This document shows, piece after piece, positions 1 to 12,782 of a DNA stretch of 64,000 nucleotides. Position 1 is the stretch's first letter. Every line of letters begins with the position of its first letter. The notes beneath the pieces were generated by a model. That model was not told the origin of the DNA. It did no database searches and worked only from the letters and a program-made list of their open reading frames with translations. The position numbers and the translations under genes are program-made. Source of the stretch: Adineta vaga (taxonomy: Eukaryota > Animalia > Rotifera); assembly GCA_021613535.1 (NCBI GenBank), contig CP075494.1, forward strand, positions 4,588,001 to 4,652,000, given 5' to 3'.

Positions 1-1096
1 TTCGTGTATGTAGATGGGAAATACGTCAATACTCATATCTAAACATGCAACTACTCGACGAGTAAATGTTGCTGTTTGATCGTCACGATGATAATATTTT
101 TCGATTGTCAATGAGCGTTTGATATCTCGACGAAAAGCAACGTTAGAAAACAGTGATACATAGAAACTTGTCGCGAAAAATATATATGACAATAAATGAA
201 TCAATTCGGTAAATACATTTTCCATAGCCAAAAATAATGGTGATTTATACCAATGTTGTGTTATATTTTCATAAGTTAATTCAATTGCATATGGAACATA
301 TGTGATTACTGCAATAAGTGATTCTGCTATTAACATAATTGTTAATAGTTTATCCATCTGATTAATAATTGATCCATTGGAAATATTGATTGATGGTACA
401 ATTCTTCGTTGAGCAACACGTCGAACGCTTTTAAGAAGTAAAAACGCAAGTATAGACATACCAATTGCAGGACATAGAGATGAAAATATGACTTGAAAGT
501 AATTATCATAGTAACTATAGATACCTTCAGGAGGAGTACAGTTTCCATTGTTAATTCTATAGAAGATAAGCCGATGACCAATGAGTAGAAACCAAAAGAG
601 AGGAATTAGAAGAATCATTTTATAAGCTAAATTAACACGATTACTCCATCGTCGAAATTCTTAAATAAAAGAAAGCTAGATAGAATTCAAAGAGAAACAA
701 ATCGTATAAAAATTTACTATTTAACTGTTGCGCCGATAGAAGACGATCAATTGTTGCAAACGCAAATAAACTAAAACCAACCACATTTCCCCATATGGTG
801 CTAAATTGTCGAAGTTTACATATAACAACATATTGATTCATCAATGGAATTCCAAAACCTTTCTGAATTATTCGTGTCAATAATACAAAATTAAAATAAT
901 GAAAATCAGCTATTGCAGATGCAAATAAATATATTGAATAAGCTTGTTTACGAGATTTACGTGAACCATACACGATCATATTTCCTATACAGCCAATATT
1001 GCCAGTAAACCAAAGAAATAAACCCAACCAAATGTTTAATTGATAAGGAGCTATTAATAGAGAGTAACTGATCTCAATCATCGTACCATTCATCAT
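1..1096 (-). CDS. Rhodopsin-like (class A) 7TM GPCR, 2 exons, runs off the left edge of the window
   Basis: Exon 1 is 1096-718 (TM1 GNIGCIGN, TM3 end ATIDRLL). GT-AG intron 717-660. Exon 2 continues KFRRWSNRVNLAYKMILL...TM5-TM7 (FATSFYVSLFSNVAFRRDIK) and stays open to position 1. Confidence 0.8.
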
Positions 1097-1903
1097 TAAA
1101 TGACTTCCACTGCATTCAATTTCTATAATATTTGTTTTCTAATAAAGTTCTATTAAAGATAAAAAATGACATATATTAAATTCCTGTTCGCATAATTAAA
1201 TTTTAACTTTTAAAAGAGCATAAGATGTCCTGAATAATGTCTTCTAACTATTTTCTCTACTCTTATCTGTGATGAATTGAAATGAGAATTAATTATGACT
1301 TTCATGTAAGTAAAGAGGAAACAGTATGCTCTCAGAAGGATTCTCAAACGAGAAAAAAAAGTTAAACATAGATACAAAGGTAAAAGATGAATAAAAAACG
1401 AATGACCAATTATAATCATGTAAGAATAACTATCTTGTATTCATTTGAATTATGACTTTGTACGAATGCATATTTGAATATGAAGCCATATGTATCAACA
1501 AGTAAATCTGTGAGTACAGATAATTAGAAAAAAAGGAAAGAAAATGGAATTTGAAAATACTTTCTTATAAGCTTTCGCCGAAGGATCCTACTGACGCATG
1601 TCAAAAAATGATAACAGATATTAATAATCGTGTTGTTGCATCTTTTGCAACTTTTTCTCTCATTTTTCTTTGATCTTTGAACTTGCTATAATTTTAAATT
1701 GTAAGAATCAATCGTCTGTGTACTCTAGAAACTATATGGTTTACTTATAATCAAACGATTGTATTCTGATTGGGTCTATATATTCACTTCATCTTTCAAT
1801 ATTGCATATTGAATAACCATAGTCTTTTATTATAAAAAGTAATGATTGTAATCATAAAATTCGTTCAACAAAAGTTTTATAAAAAAAAAGGAAAGAAACA
1901 TAA

Positions 1904-3385
1904 TCAAGCCATATCAAACTTACAGACCGCTTGTAATTTCTCAGTTCTATCAAAAATAGCATAAACTGTAACGTCGCCTTCGACAACAACTTCTTTATTG
2001 AGTATTTGATTTTCAAAACCATATGTTGACATATTCTGTGTACCATTATGAATATTTACTGTAATTGCATCGGGTATATGCATTCGTATTGTCACTCGCT
2101 CTCCATGATATAAAATTCGACGAAATGGTTCAATTAATGTACATCGATGTTCATTAAATGGTCGATAAAGTGTTGGAAATAACGGAGCTTTATGAAGACC
2201 ATGAACTTTCAAACGCATATGAATCGCATCACGATAGTTTTGTTCCTTATCGGTTTTACCGTAGATTATCAAATCATATGTTCCTATAATAAACAAAACA
2301 AAAATAGATAACTACAGGAGGAAAAAATGATTTTAGTTTTTACCATCATTTGTTGCACTAAAATAACATCGAGTCATTTGATCTCGATGATCATATTGAC
2401 AAAGACTATGTAGATTTGGATATGTATCATCTCCAACTTTCATTGTTGTCATTAATGTTACATTAGGTGATGGTGTTTTAATAACGACTTCAAATAATGG
2501 TTGATTCGTTTCAATAACACATCGTTGAGGATAAATCAATTTCAAATTTAATCGATAATAAACAGATTTAACAATCGGTAAATCTAAAAATTGTTGTTTA
2601 GTTAAAGAAGGCGAAAGTAATTGCCACATATCTTCCGTAGGTAAATGAGTGTAGATTAATTGATCAGGTGATGTTAGAAAATAAAATTCTTCAAGTTTCT
2701 TTTCATTCGAACTACCCGCACCCCATGTTGCATCAAGTAAATACCAGTGACCACTGAGTTTAACTGCATTCCAAACATGTGTAGCTTGTTGAAGAGTATC
2801 ACCGATTCGAAACCAATTTTCTTTAACATGACCAGGAATATTCACGCATTCTATATTCAATAGACGGCAAAATTCACTAAATAAATGTGTAAAACCACGG
2901 CATACACCAGTTCGAGTACGAAATACAACGTCAGCTGCATTATCAGCTTGACCAGTGACATATTTTATATTTTTTGTAATCCAATAAAAGATAAGCCATG
3001 TACGAATAAGATCATTTTGAGAGTAGTTTTCGATTTTTTTGACTAGTTCTGCGATAGAACTGACATTATTACATTGAGAATCAATATATTGACGATGTTT
3101 TTCATTTGAAAGAAGATCTTGACGCAGATTCTCTTTCTTCGATTCATTAATAGTCCGTTTTTCGTCAGGTATTAGTGTTATTTCCTTGCTCACGTCTGGA
3201 TTCATATGGGATGAAACAACATGAGATGATGGTAATGTTTGATCAGAATCAGTACGTAGATTGACAAGACTTGTCTGAATCGATACTTCATGTTTTGTGA
3301 CAGTAGGAAGAGTAGATGGTTCGTTTACTAAAGCAGTTATTGGAACAACATGAGGTTGATTTGGTATTGACGAACCACATCCCAT
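1904..3385 (-). CDS. Transglutaminase-like cysteine protease (kyphoscoliosis peptidase/hillarin-like), 2 exons
   Basis: ATG at 3385 gives MGCGSS (N-myristoylation/palmitoylation-type start). Catalytic-triad motifs GVCRGF, HVWNAV, LDATWG; EEFYFLT.P.QLIYTHLP. A short intron near 2340-2283 joins the 1904-2296 ORF. Confidence 0.8.
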
Positions 3386-3835
3386 TTTTGTCTTCTCTTT
3401 CTTATGAATTGGAAAAGTAAAAAACCTGTTTGCTTTCTGTAAGTGGAGCTTTTTATTGTTACTCGGCGAATGAGTCAATAAAGATAACAAAAATAATTGT
3501 CCTTACATATGAAAAAAAGCATCGCACGCCGATACAATATTAAACACACAGAAGAAAGTAGTTGATATATTTCTTGTCAACATCATTTCTTTTCTCCTAA
3601 ATTTAATGAATCATATTATTATAGTTCTATATTTTATCTTTACAATCTCGATATATTTTTAGTAATGATGTGATGTAATAGTCAGCATCTATATCAACAC
3701 CCACACCCACCCTCAAGATATTTTCAAAGCGTATGGTCTCAATCTTGAACGTTCCTTGAGAAATCTGATCAGATCAGATCTATCTTTTCATACATATATA
3801 TATATATATATCTTCATGTTTATTCAAGTCCTATA

Positions 3836-4522
3836 TCAAAGTTTAAATCGATGTAAAGATTTAACAATTTTCTCCTTTAAATACCAATCATTAAAAACTA
3901 ATTCCATTTCGTTCACTGTCATTGTACCAAAATCATAATCTCGATAATTTTCAAGCACTTTTAAAAATTTGTCTTTGGCAATAAATGGTTTTCGAAATCG
4001 AACAACAGTAGCATGTGCTGCTTGAATTGAATATCGTTTATCTATGTCCTGTTGTAATGAAGAAGCTTTAAATGCTGTTTTGAGTTTATTACGAAGTTCA
4101 TTAAATGACGATTGTTTTGGAAATCCTTGAATCATTATACATGATGATGATGCTGTGATACCTTTAAAATGAATTTCCAATTTTCCTTCTAAGAAGAGAT
4201 ATTCACGAATAAGATCAATATAATCTTGAATTGAAAGTTGATCTAAATCAAATCCTTCGTGACATGAAATAATTGGTAAAACAGTAATATGAATATCAGA
4301 CGATGGATAATAATATTGATCAGGTTCAATTGTATGTAAATCCGTAAGAAACTTCTGAATTTGACGATTAATATGTTCATCTGGTTTGATAATCAGTGTT
4401 ATACCAAATCGTTTATCAACTAATGAATCAATCATAGGATCTGTTTCATATTGATCAGATTGAATTTTTTCAATTGAATCCATATAAAGTTTATTATAAA
4501 TGTTGATTAATTCGATAGACAT
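3836..4522 (-). CDS. 2H phosphoesterase (2'-5' RNA ligase/CPDase superfamily), bacterial-like, intronless
   Basis: Two HxT motifs, DIHITVL and AHATVVRF, about 90 aa apart; single 228-aa exon. Confidence 0.75.
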   Translation of the reverse strand: MSIELINIYNKLYMDSIEKIQSDQYETDPMIDSLVDKRFGITLIIKPDEHINRQIQKFLTDLHTIEPDQYYYPSSDIHITVLPIISCHEGFDLDQLSIQDYIDLIREYLFLEGKLEIHFKGITASSSCIMIQGFPKQSSFNELRNKLKTAFKASSLQQDIDKRYSIQAAHATVVRFRKPFIAKDKFLKVLENYRDYDFGTMTVNEMELVFNDWYLKEKIVKSLHRFKL

Positions 4523-6050
4523 TTTCTAAAGATTTTAAATGATCAGTAAGACATTGAATAGTGACTACGAAAGAAAAACACGTGGACGAGAAAAGAAAAA
4601 GTAATTTTCTCTTTCATAACAAAACAAAGCCATTGAATCACGTTGCATATAGTCATATATATATGCGTTGCCATACAGTAATCGTTTTGGTCGCTATAGA
4701 ACGACTCTTTCACTATTGAGAAAATAAACTTTATCATTATCATACAAATGAATGGCGAATTATAAACAAATTAAATAATACTTAGAAGAATGTGAGTGAT
4801 AATGAGTCATAGACATTCTCAAAATGTTTGTTTTATTAATGAACGATAGGAATTTTATTTCATTTGGGTTTATAAGTTGATTTGTAAATATATCTATTGA
4901 TTATCTATCAATATAGTGAATAACAGATTAATACTCCGACATTCTCGAAGTTTTAGCACAATGCAAAATTGCTATAAGAGAACACAACCACATAGTTAGT
5001 AAATTTTGTTTCATTATGGATATGTCTAAAGTGGAAAAATGGAATAGAAAAAGAACATGAGATGTTTCTCATCGGATCAAATCAAATACTATTTGAAACT
5101 AATTTACTGTGCATTTTCGGTCTACTTTTCGATGCTATTCATCCTATGTTTGATTAGAATCTTGAGATCATTGTCAGTTATGCAATTATGTGAATGACTA
5201 GGTTTTCAGTTTCATCGAAAAACTACTTTAACACTTTTTTGAATCATTATGAGGATAAGCATTACCCTCAGGAGATTTCGATGATCTCTACAAACTATGG
5301 TCATTAATAACTGTAATATGATTTTAGATGATAATCGTAAAGATTTATCAAAACAATATTTAATAGCTATTGATGTCGAAACATCTATTGAAACAAAACT
5401 ATGTTTCCTTAATTATTTTTGATTTCCTATATTGTTCATAAAGTTTTTTTGTTTAATTGATCGAGTTCTAGTAGAATTTGAAACCCTATTCTAGCTTAAA
5501 GAATGATATTCGCCTGCGTCCGTATCATGCATGTTCAAAACCGAACTTTAATAAAGAGTTTAAAGCTGTGTGGGTCGGGGTACAAATCACAGTGTCTCTA
5601 TACATATGCACTCACATCCACCCTTTTTAAACATTGAATTTCATTCCTGTGAATAAAAGTATCTACTTTGACTACGAAAATGGATGTTTACTTATGCTTA
5701 TCTATATTCAAATAAAGAAGGGAAGATCTGATAGTTAATCAAGATACCAGAAGATGTCGTGCAATAATTCACATGGTAATACTTCCGTTTGTTTCAAACA
5801 AATTCTAGTCAATTGTATATATGTCATTTTTATCAAAAGAAGATAGAAAATCGTTTGAATCAGAAAAGATGTGTCATGACAAAGAGAACGAGAAAATATC
5901 TATCAAAGTATGGCTATATATATATATATCGTATTAGTCTGATTCGAACTGATGAAAACAAACATGAAACGACAGAAACATAATTCTAATCAAATACGTA
6001 AGTTTGAATATTTGTTTTGTTTTCATTTGAAATTATTCTTTTTCTTTTTT

Positions 6051-7627
6051 AGAAAAATTGAAAAAGATAAAGTAAGAAAAGTTATTTTGATCGAACGAAA
6101 TGATCTTTTTCGTCTTGTAGAACGATTACTTGTTTTGAGAATTTATCCAATGAAATATTCTATGAAATATTTGCTTATCTCGATGGCTTTAATATTTTCA
6201 TGGTATTTCATACTCTTAATAATCGATTCGAAAATCTTCTGATCAATTCATCAATGTCAATGAAATGTGAAATAACTTCAACAACGAATCTCGATTCTTT
6301 TTATGAATCGTTTCTTTATTCATGTAAACGACAAATACTTTCATTGGAATTTCATGATCAATTAGAGTCTCAAGATCTATTTGGGTACGATACAAACATC
6401 TGACATGTTAAATACTGAACTTCAAAGAATCTTTCGTTATCAAAATGATCCTATGCGACAACAAGCTATCATGCAGTTGCAATATGCTTTACAATTTTAT
6501 CCCAATATAACTGGAATGAATGCTGAACAACTGCAAGTTATACTACAGCAACAACAGAACGTTTTGAATGCTTGGCAAAATATCTTGTTCAAGATCGATT
6601 AGCTCTAGTACAATTGGTATCTTTTATGATGGATCTATTCAAAATCTATCAGAATGAAGGTGAACAAGACTTCATTCAACGACGTGATGGTATCATATTT
6701 CAACAGCAAACTGACAAATGGATATTTCCGAATGTTTATTTGACGTCATTATCATCGCAGAAAGAAGAAATTTCTTCAACGGTTGAACCAATTGATATAC
6801 CAACTGAGCTGATTGAACAGGTGATGAAGGAGCCATTACCTGAACGAAAACCTCCATCTCGAATAACGACTGAAAAAGATGAAAACAATCCAACTTGTTT
6901 TCCTAGTAAAGCTAATCATATTGAATCAGCAGAAAATATGAGTATCAATGTACATCCAACAACTTCATCTATATCAAAAGAATGACCTAACGATCATCCG
7001 CGGAAAAGTAAGATATTTCTTTTGAAAGAAAATTACTCATTTTCATTCTACTCTCCTTTCCGAATAGAGAACGAAAGTATTGAATCCACTCATGTCATTC
7101 AATCGCATACTGGTACTGTTGATTATTCAAAATTTACTTCAATTGAAGTAGCCAGATTCGAACGTATTCGTGTATCAACTCTAACTGGCTCAGATATGTG
7201 TCCCTTATCACTATCTTCAATTACAATTCATCCAACTACAGGTACAATCGATCATAATATTGGTCGCCAAGGAGAAGAGATTGTATTTCGCTTTTTACAA
7301 TGGAAATATCCAAAGGCACAGATTGAATGGATGAATAATGAACAGGAATCAGGTCTTCCATATGATATTCGATTAAAAAGAAAAGATCAAATGGAAATGA
7401 TCGAAGTAAAAACAACAACAGATCCTGATCAACATACATTTCAAATCTCAATTGAAGAAATGAAATGTTTACTTCAACATCCTAAGAATTATCATATCTA
7501 TCGTGTATAGTATTCAGAAGATCCTGATTCGATAAAAATAACCATATTAAGTCGAGTAAATTATCATTTAGAACATAAACAACTTGCACTGTGTATGACA
7601 ATTATGCAAAAAAACGATGAACTTTGA
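6051..7627 (+). pseudogene. Decayed NO VEIN/sacsin-associated protein with C-terminal DUF3883 (NOV_C, PD-(D/E)xK-like) domain; 5' extent uncertain
   Basis: IGRQGEEIVFRFL...ESGLPYDIRL...IEVKTT motif in the 7022-7510 ORF. An in-frame TAG at 7508-7510 interrupts IYRV*YSEDPDSIKITILS...NDEL* (true stop 7625-7627). A further premature TGA lies at 6983-6985, and there are frameshifted fragments at 6381-6602 and 6572-6985. Confidence 0.65.
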
Positions 7628-8108
7628 AAATATGATGAGCTATTTTTTTTTATCTTTCATATTTCATATTATTAATTCAGATACAATAAAATTTGTTACA
7701 GGAGTTCGAATATGATGTAAAGTATCAAAGTTGAAATGAGTCGTCGTCAAATATGAGAGTGTAAATTATTCGGCAATATAACAATGTATAACATATCTTT
7801 CTTCTGTATTCCTATAAAACGGGAAAATGCATTTGAAAAATCATATTCTCTAAATTAATATAAACTACATATAGACCAATAATAAATAGGAGTAATTTAT
7901 CATACATCTTTGTTTCTATTTTTAAGGAAGAAATTCGAATCAAGCTATACTATACATACCTATTTGCAAAGCACATAACAAGTATAGTTAAACAAAACAA
8001 ATTGCCTGGTTTGCTTTTGGCACACAAACAGAACGGTAAAATAAAATGTAGGCTGTTGACAAGACGATTTTTCTTTTCGTTTCATTTTAGAATTTTATAT
8101 AAAGAAAA

Positions 8109-10660
8109 ATGGCTGCAAGTATTACATCAAATAATGAGATTGATATGAAAGAAAATAGTATGAATCTTGAATTAGTGAGTATCGTATGGCTCGATGACAA
8201 TGATAATAATATGAAAAATCAAATTATTCAAGAAAAATTACGATCTATTATTAATCATATAATAAAATTTCATGATATTAAAGAATGTCAACAATATATT
8301 GAACAACAATCGAAAGATCATCGATTAGTAGTTGTTGTTAATGATCAGCAGGGAAAAGTAATTGTACCAACTATTCATATACTTCGACAAATTTCGTCCA
8401 TCTTTATTTATTGTACGGATAAAAAAGGAAATCAACGATGGATTTCGAAGTATCCTAAGGTAAATTTTGAAATGAACCATATATATATATATTTTTTTTT
8501 TTTCTTTTAATATACTTATAGATCAAAGCAATCGTTACTAAACTGGATGAACTTATATCTCATATACAAACAAATTATAAAATTCAGAAAAAAGTTGAAG
8601 AACCTTTATCAATCAATATTTTTACTACAAATACTAATAATAATGTTGGTAAAGCAACAACAGGAGTTAATGGTCAATTTGTTTTTTCACAAGTTCTTAT
8701 CGATTGCATTCTGCGAATGAAATCTAATCAAAGTGATAAAAATGAATTAATCTCGTGTTGTATCAATCAATATCTCGGTAATAAAGATGAACTTAATAAT
8801 CTTCGTGAATTTCGAGAATCTTATTCATCAAAAAACGCTTTATGGTGGTACACACGTGAATCATTCTTTTACAAAACTCTCAATGCAGCATTGCGTACAC
8901 AAAATATTCATATGATCTTTCTTTTTCGTTCGTATATTGCCGATATTTATCGTCAACTTCAAGAATATCAAACAACACATCTTTCGTGTGTTTATCGAAG
9001 TCAGTTCATGTCTAATGATGAATTCGAAGTCCTTAAACAATGGCCTGGACAATTTATTTCCATTAATTCTTTCTTTTCAACGAGTACTAATCGATCGATG
9101 GCTCTCTCATTTCTTAGCAATTCAACATCATCCGATATGAAACAAATCTTATTCGAGATTCATGCTGATCCACAGATGGTTACAACAAAACCATTTGCAG
9201 ATATTACTATGCATAGTTATTTTCCAAATGAAGATGAAGTTTTGTTCATGTTTGGTTCTATCTTTCGTTTGAATAGTATACATCTTGAAGGAGAAAATCT
9301 GTGGATTATTCAAATGGATCTATGCAGTGATGATGATACTGCTTTAAAACAAGTTCTTCAGTATAGGAAAAGTCAAAATGGAGTTGGAGAAACAAATCTT
9401 CGAACATTGGGAAAGATATTGACAAGAATGGGTAAATTCGATTTAGCTGAGAAATATTTCTTACGTTTTATTCATGAATTTCCACCAAATCATCCATTTC
9501 TTGTTATTCTTTACGATGAACTAGCTGAAGTCACTGCACAAAATGGTCAATATGATAAAAGCATGGAATGGGAAAACAAAGCAATTAAAATTAAAGAACA
9601 AATTCAACCTGGTCGAACTATCAATGTACAGAAAGCTAATAAAATTCTTGGTAAAAAGTTATAATAAATAACAAATAAATCATTTTTCTTTTCTATTATA
9701 GTTCCACATATTCCTGCCAAGACAAAGTGGATGCAAATGGGTATTACAGTAGCTGGAGGACATGGGAATGGAAATAAACTCAATCAACTCCATGGACCTA
9801 TAGGTCTTTTTATAGATAAAAATCGAACTATTACAATTGCGGATTGTTTAAATAATCGTATAGTAGAATGGAGAAATAGTGCAACAAGTGGTCAAATAGT
9901 AGCCGGTGGACATGAAGCAGGGCGTCGAACTGATCAATTAAATGGACCAACAGATGTTATTATTGATAATGAAAATCTTATTATTAGTGATTCAAAAAAT
10001 GAACAAGTCATTCGATGGCCTCATCGAAATGGCAAAAGTGGAGAAGTGATACTCTCGGATTTAGTTTGCCAACGATTAACCCTTGATTCTCATGGATTTA
10101 TCTATGTATCTAACAGTGAATTACATGAAGTTAGACGATATCATTTAGGTGATACAGTCGGAACAATAGTAGCGGGTGGTAATGGAGCAGGAGATGATCT
10201 TGATCAGCTCCATTGGCCAACGTTTATTTTTGTTGATGAAGATCAATCCATATATGTATCGGACAATGGTAATCATCGTGTTATGATGTGGAAAAAGAAT
10301 GCAAAAGAAGGAACCATTGTAGCTGGTGGCCGAGGTCAAGGTGATAAATTGACACAATTGTCTAATCCTGATGGATTAATCGTAGATTCATTAGGAAACA
10401 TCTATGTTGCTGATAATACAAATCATCGTGTGATGCGCTTTTATAAAGGAATAGCACAGGGAACGATTGTTTCTGGTGGATATGGTTCAGGAAACGAAGC
10501 TAATCAATTACAGAATCCTCAAGGTTTATCATTTGATGAAGATGGTAATCTTTACGTAGTCGATTGGGGAAATCATCGAGTACAAAGATTTGATATTGAA
10601 CAAGATGATGATTCAACAGTACACATTAGTCATACAGTTTGTTTCTCATTATTCAATTGA
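8109..10660 (+). CDS. NAD(+)-arginine ADP-ribosyltransferase (R-S-E type) + TPR + NHL beta-propeller fusion protein, 3 exons, ~812 aa
   Basis: Exons 8109-8459, 8522-9650 and 9702-10660 splice in frame through GT-AG introns. ART motifs WWYTRESFFYKTLNAALR, YRSQ, FFSTS, NEDEVLF; TPR-like LGKILTRMGKFDLAEKYF; six NHL repeats (e.g. LSNPDGLIVDSLGNIYVADNTNHRVMR). Confidence 0.85.
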
Positions 10661-10959
10661 ATGAAAAAAAAATTGCTAAAGAAGCACAGTTATCCTAGTA
10701 ATATAGTATTTCTGTCGTTTTCTTTATAATTAACACATCTTTTCAGTATTATGCGTATCTCTACTCTTTACTCCTTATCAACTTAGGTGTCTATACTTCA
10801 CTCGGAATTAACACTCTTCATTGTTTAGTAAGAGCAACTAAATTGTTTCTTTGTTCAGAAAGAAAAAAAACGAAATAACACAATGTATATTTATATAATA
10901 GTTTAATATTAAAAGCGTTTTTCATCGTTATCTTCAACGTATTTTACTAGTCGTTGTCA

Positions 10960-11557
10960 TGGTTGTTAAAAGACTTTTGCTCGAATGAATTGTTTTAATT
11001 CTGATCGAAATAGTTTTGACGTTGATATGTTAATAAGTATTGTACAAGAATATTCGATATACACCATACAATATACAACATTGTTTACAAAGAATTCAAT
11101 TGCTATTTGCACAGATGATTTTAATGATCAATCGACGAGCAATTGTTTGTAAACTCCATTGACGATGAAGTGCATGACGAGAACTGACAAGATATCGATC
11201 GATGCTAAGATTGTGAAATAGTGTGGCATAGCAACAATTGTAAAAGTGAAATAATAAAGAAGTTTACAAAACCAATGGAACATATTGTATGTGTTGATAT
11301 CAAAACCAAAATGAAGTATTCGTGTTAGATCACTGAAGTTAAATGTAAATAATTGTAAAATAGCACAAGCTATGAAATACATTGAACATGGACTTTTTTT
11401 GTAAATGTGCTTGAGAAAAGACGATAATGTTAAGGATGTATCCGATATTACCGATGATTAGTGTAAAGCCTAGAGCATATTGTGTAAATAATTTGTTATA
11501 AAGATAGATTTGATGAATCATAATAGATTGATTAGTAGTTAGTGTTGTATTGTTCAT
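10960..11557 (-). pseudogene. Frameshifted, internally deleted GPCR pseudogene
   Basis: TM1 LIIGNIGYILNIIVFSQ is followed by a frameshift in an A/T run near 11394-11400 into (NPCS)MYFIACAI. After TM3 (LASID) the sequence jumps to a TM7-like segment, NISTSKLFRSELK. Confidence 0.6.
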
Positions 11558-11899
11558 TTTTCTTAAAAATAAACTTCGTACAGTAGAAGAGTCGATGAGA
11601 AAAAAAGTAAATAGCTAACTCAATGTCATTAGACATACGGATGTTCTATTACATGATTTTAATGCATTTTATTTGTCTTTGTCCGACAGCTAGAATATAG
11701 TTGAAAAGCAAAAAGAAATATACATATAGAATGATATAATAATGAAGAACTATAGGGTGTGGGTGGATTCTTATACATTCCAATATGTAATTTTTGCACA
11801 GAAAAAACAATCTTGGTATAAGAAGTTTAAACATCGATACTAACTATAAATACAAAGATTCAATTACATATCATCCTTTATACATTTCTGCTACATGAA

Positions 11900-12413
11900 A
11901 TATAGCTACCTATAGCTTGTATCGAACATGAGGATGAATAATTTAACTGATTTACCTTCTACAGAAAATAAACTACTTGCATCAGTTATTGTGTCACGTA
12001 TCATAGAGACTGATAAGAGAAAACTATTTGTCGCTGAAGTTTTAAATTGTGACTGAAATAAATCTCTGGGTATAACAAATGGACTGATGAATCGATTGTA
12101 TACCATAAAATACTTGTGTAATTGTCCATAAAAAATCGATATAATTGGCTCTATAGTCTTATTCTTATTCGCGAAAACAAGATATCTAATCCGATCGTCA
12201 CTAACGAAATAACTTTTGCATACTTGATGAAATGAATATCTTTGAACACAGACATGATAATGTTTCAGGATATTTTTAATATAATTCTAAATATTGCGTA
12301 AGACTGGGTGTACTAATTTATGTTCATCAGTTGTTGGTAGAATTGAAGGAAACAGATTTAAAGTTTGACAAAATTGTTTTGATTGTTGAAACTTGTTCGG
12401 TTTTGTTCGCCAT
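11900..12413 (-). pseudogene. Fragment of the bdelloid-expanded multi-pass membrane protein family (CPC...HQVCSS repeat type)
   Basis: Pieces in changing frames: LNLFPSILPTTDEH, PSLTQYLELY*KYPETLSCLCSK, FHQVCKSYFVSDD, and VIPRDLFQSQF...TNSFLLSVSMIRDT. Contains stops and deletions. Confidence 0.5.
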
Positions 12414-12782
12414 TAAGAGAAGCGATAAAATAATATCTCCAATTTCATTAAGTCATATTAGTTAACAGAAGAAAACAAGTCAGTTTCTATGTAGAATAAA
12501 ACATATCGAATTCATTTCTCTTCTATTTTTAAGAGAAAAAGAAAATCTATTAAAAAAATAATCAAGTATAATTCGCTTATTCCATCTCACATTGTATCTA
12601 TAGTAAACAGAAATGCTTTGCAGAATAGCATATGACACCTTTTTAATATCAAAGATAGTTTCAAATCTGCTATATAATAATAACAAATGTTTTCTTTTTG
12701 ATGATTAGTAATTTTCACAAAAAACTAATTAAGAATATCATCTAAGTTTTATAAAAAGAAAAAAAAGCCTTCTTTTCGAATG

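Noticed and set aside
3712-3760. CTCAAG...CTTGAG hairpin and a CTCAAGGAACG motif shared with 42719-42729 and loosely with ~25385-25450 (possible MITE relics)
   Set aside because: The matches are 11 bp or shorter and degenerate; they cannot be told from chance without a genome-wide repeat library.
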